A DNA stretch of 64,000 nt from Nitrospirales bacterium (lineage in GTDB: Bacteria; Nitrospirota; Nitrospiria; Nitrospirales; UBA8639): the NCBI GenBank assembly GCA_965203295.1, contig CBDBCZ010000019.1, positions 1,600,001 to 1,664,000 on the forward strand, given 5' to 3'. Under the pieces are notes generated by a model that did no database searches, had not been told where the DNA came from, and saw only the letters and a list, made by a program, of their open reading frames with translations. A program made the translations under genes and the position numbers. Below, piece by piece: positions 63,665-64,000 of the stretch. Position 1 is the first letter of the stretch, and the number at the start of each line of letters is the position of its first letter.

Positions 63665-64000
63665 GAAAGGCTCAGGAATTCTTTTCTAAAAAAACTCTTG
63701 CGACTATGGTATTTTTTCGATGGATTCTTAACCGTCAGAAAACCTCTAGGTCAACAGCCTTGAGGTTATCGTTAAATTGTACCGAAACACTAGGGGAAAT
63801 GGCACCCTAGAGAAAGGTTGCTATTCTAACAGGAAAGGCCGTGCTGAGGTGATGCGTACGAAGACTAGAATAGCCTACTTTAGGGGAAGAATTCACCAGC
63901 TTGAGAAGAGTTTTGGGCTTCTTTTTTGAAATGGACAAGAAAACGGATATGTAACGAATGAGGGGTCATTTTTCCCCTGAGGCCTTCTCAACGTACTTCA

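Noticed and set aside
63788..63860. TPP riboswitch (ACTAGGGG...GCTGAG)
   Set aside because: Lacks the ACCTGAT/GCG.AGGGAA core and has no thiamine gene context.

Overview
This 64-kb window is bacterial chromosome of moderate GC. Gene content and lineage-style hypothetical proteins suggest Nitrospirota/Nitrospirales, which is an inference, not a database result. The backbone is mostly minus-strand housekeeping genes: kdsA-pyrG-kdsB-hldA-lepB-lepA, bioA, greA, sppA, pyrR-pyrB-pyrC with a PyrR attenuator, proA, tRNA-Phe, mtnA-rtcB-archease-AsmA, clpB, glnA-PII, purN-purM-rlmD, ntrX-ntrY and tRNA-Ala. Five things stand out. (1) A rewired nitrogen-control module: GlnE is split into two divergently transcribed genes, a removase-type half and an ACT-ACT-transferase-type half, near glnA and a PII whose Tyr51 is His. 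(2) Between these genes lies a His-rich, CxxxC, RAPP-motif uORF (DUF2946/CruR-like) ahead of a Met/His-rich outer-membrane barrel and a cupredoxin-like protein, a likely ribosome-stalling metal-uptake switch. (3) A decayed tandem island at tRNA-Ala has an att duplication, two recombinase-tail remnants and a nonsense-disrupted alpha carbonic anhydrase. (4) There are several small non-autonomous elements: a composite MITE with a 9-bp target duplication, heptamer-repeat hairpins flanking rtcB, and REP-like palindromes. (5) Many accessory genes are pseudogenes and core genes show erosion of conserved residues, suggesting ongoing genome decay.
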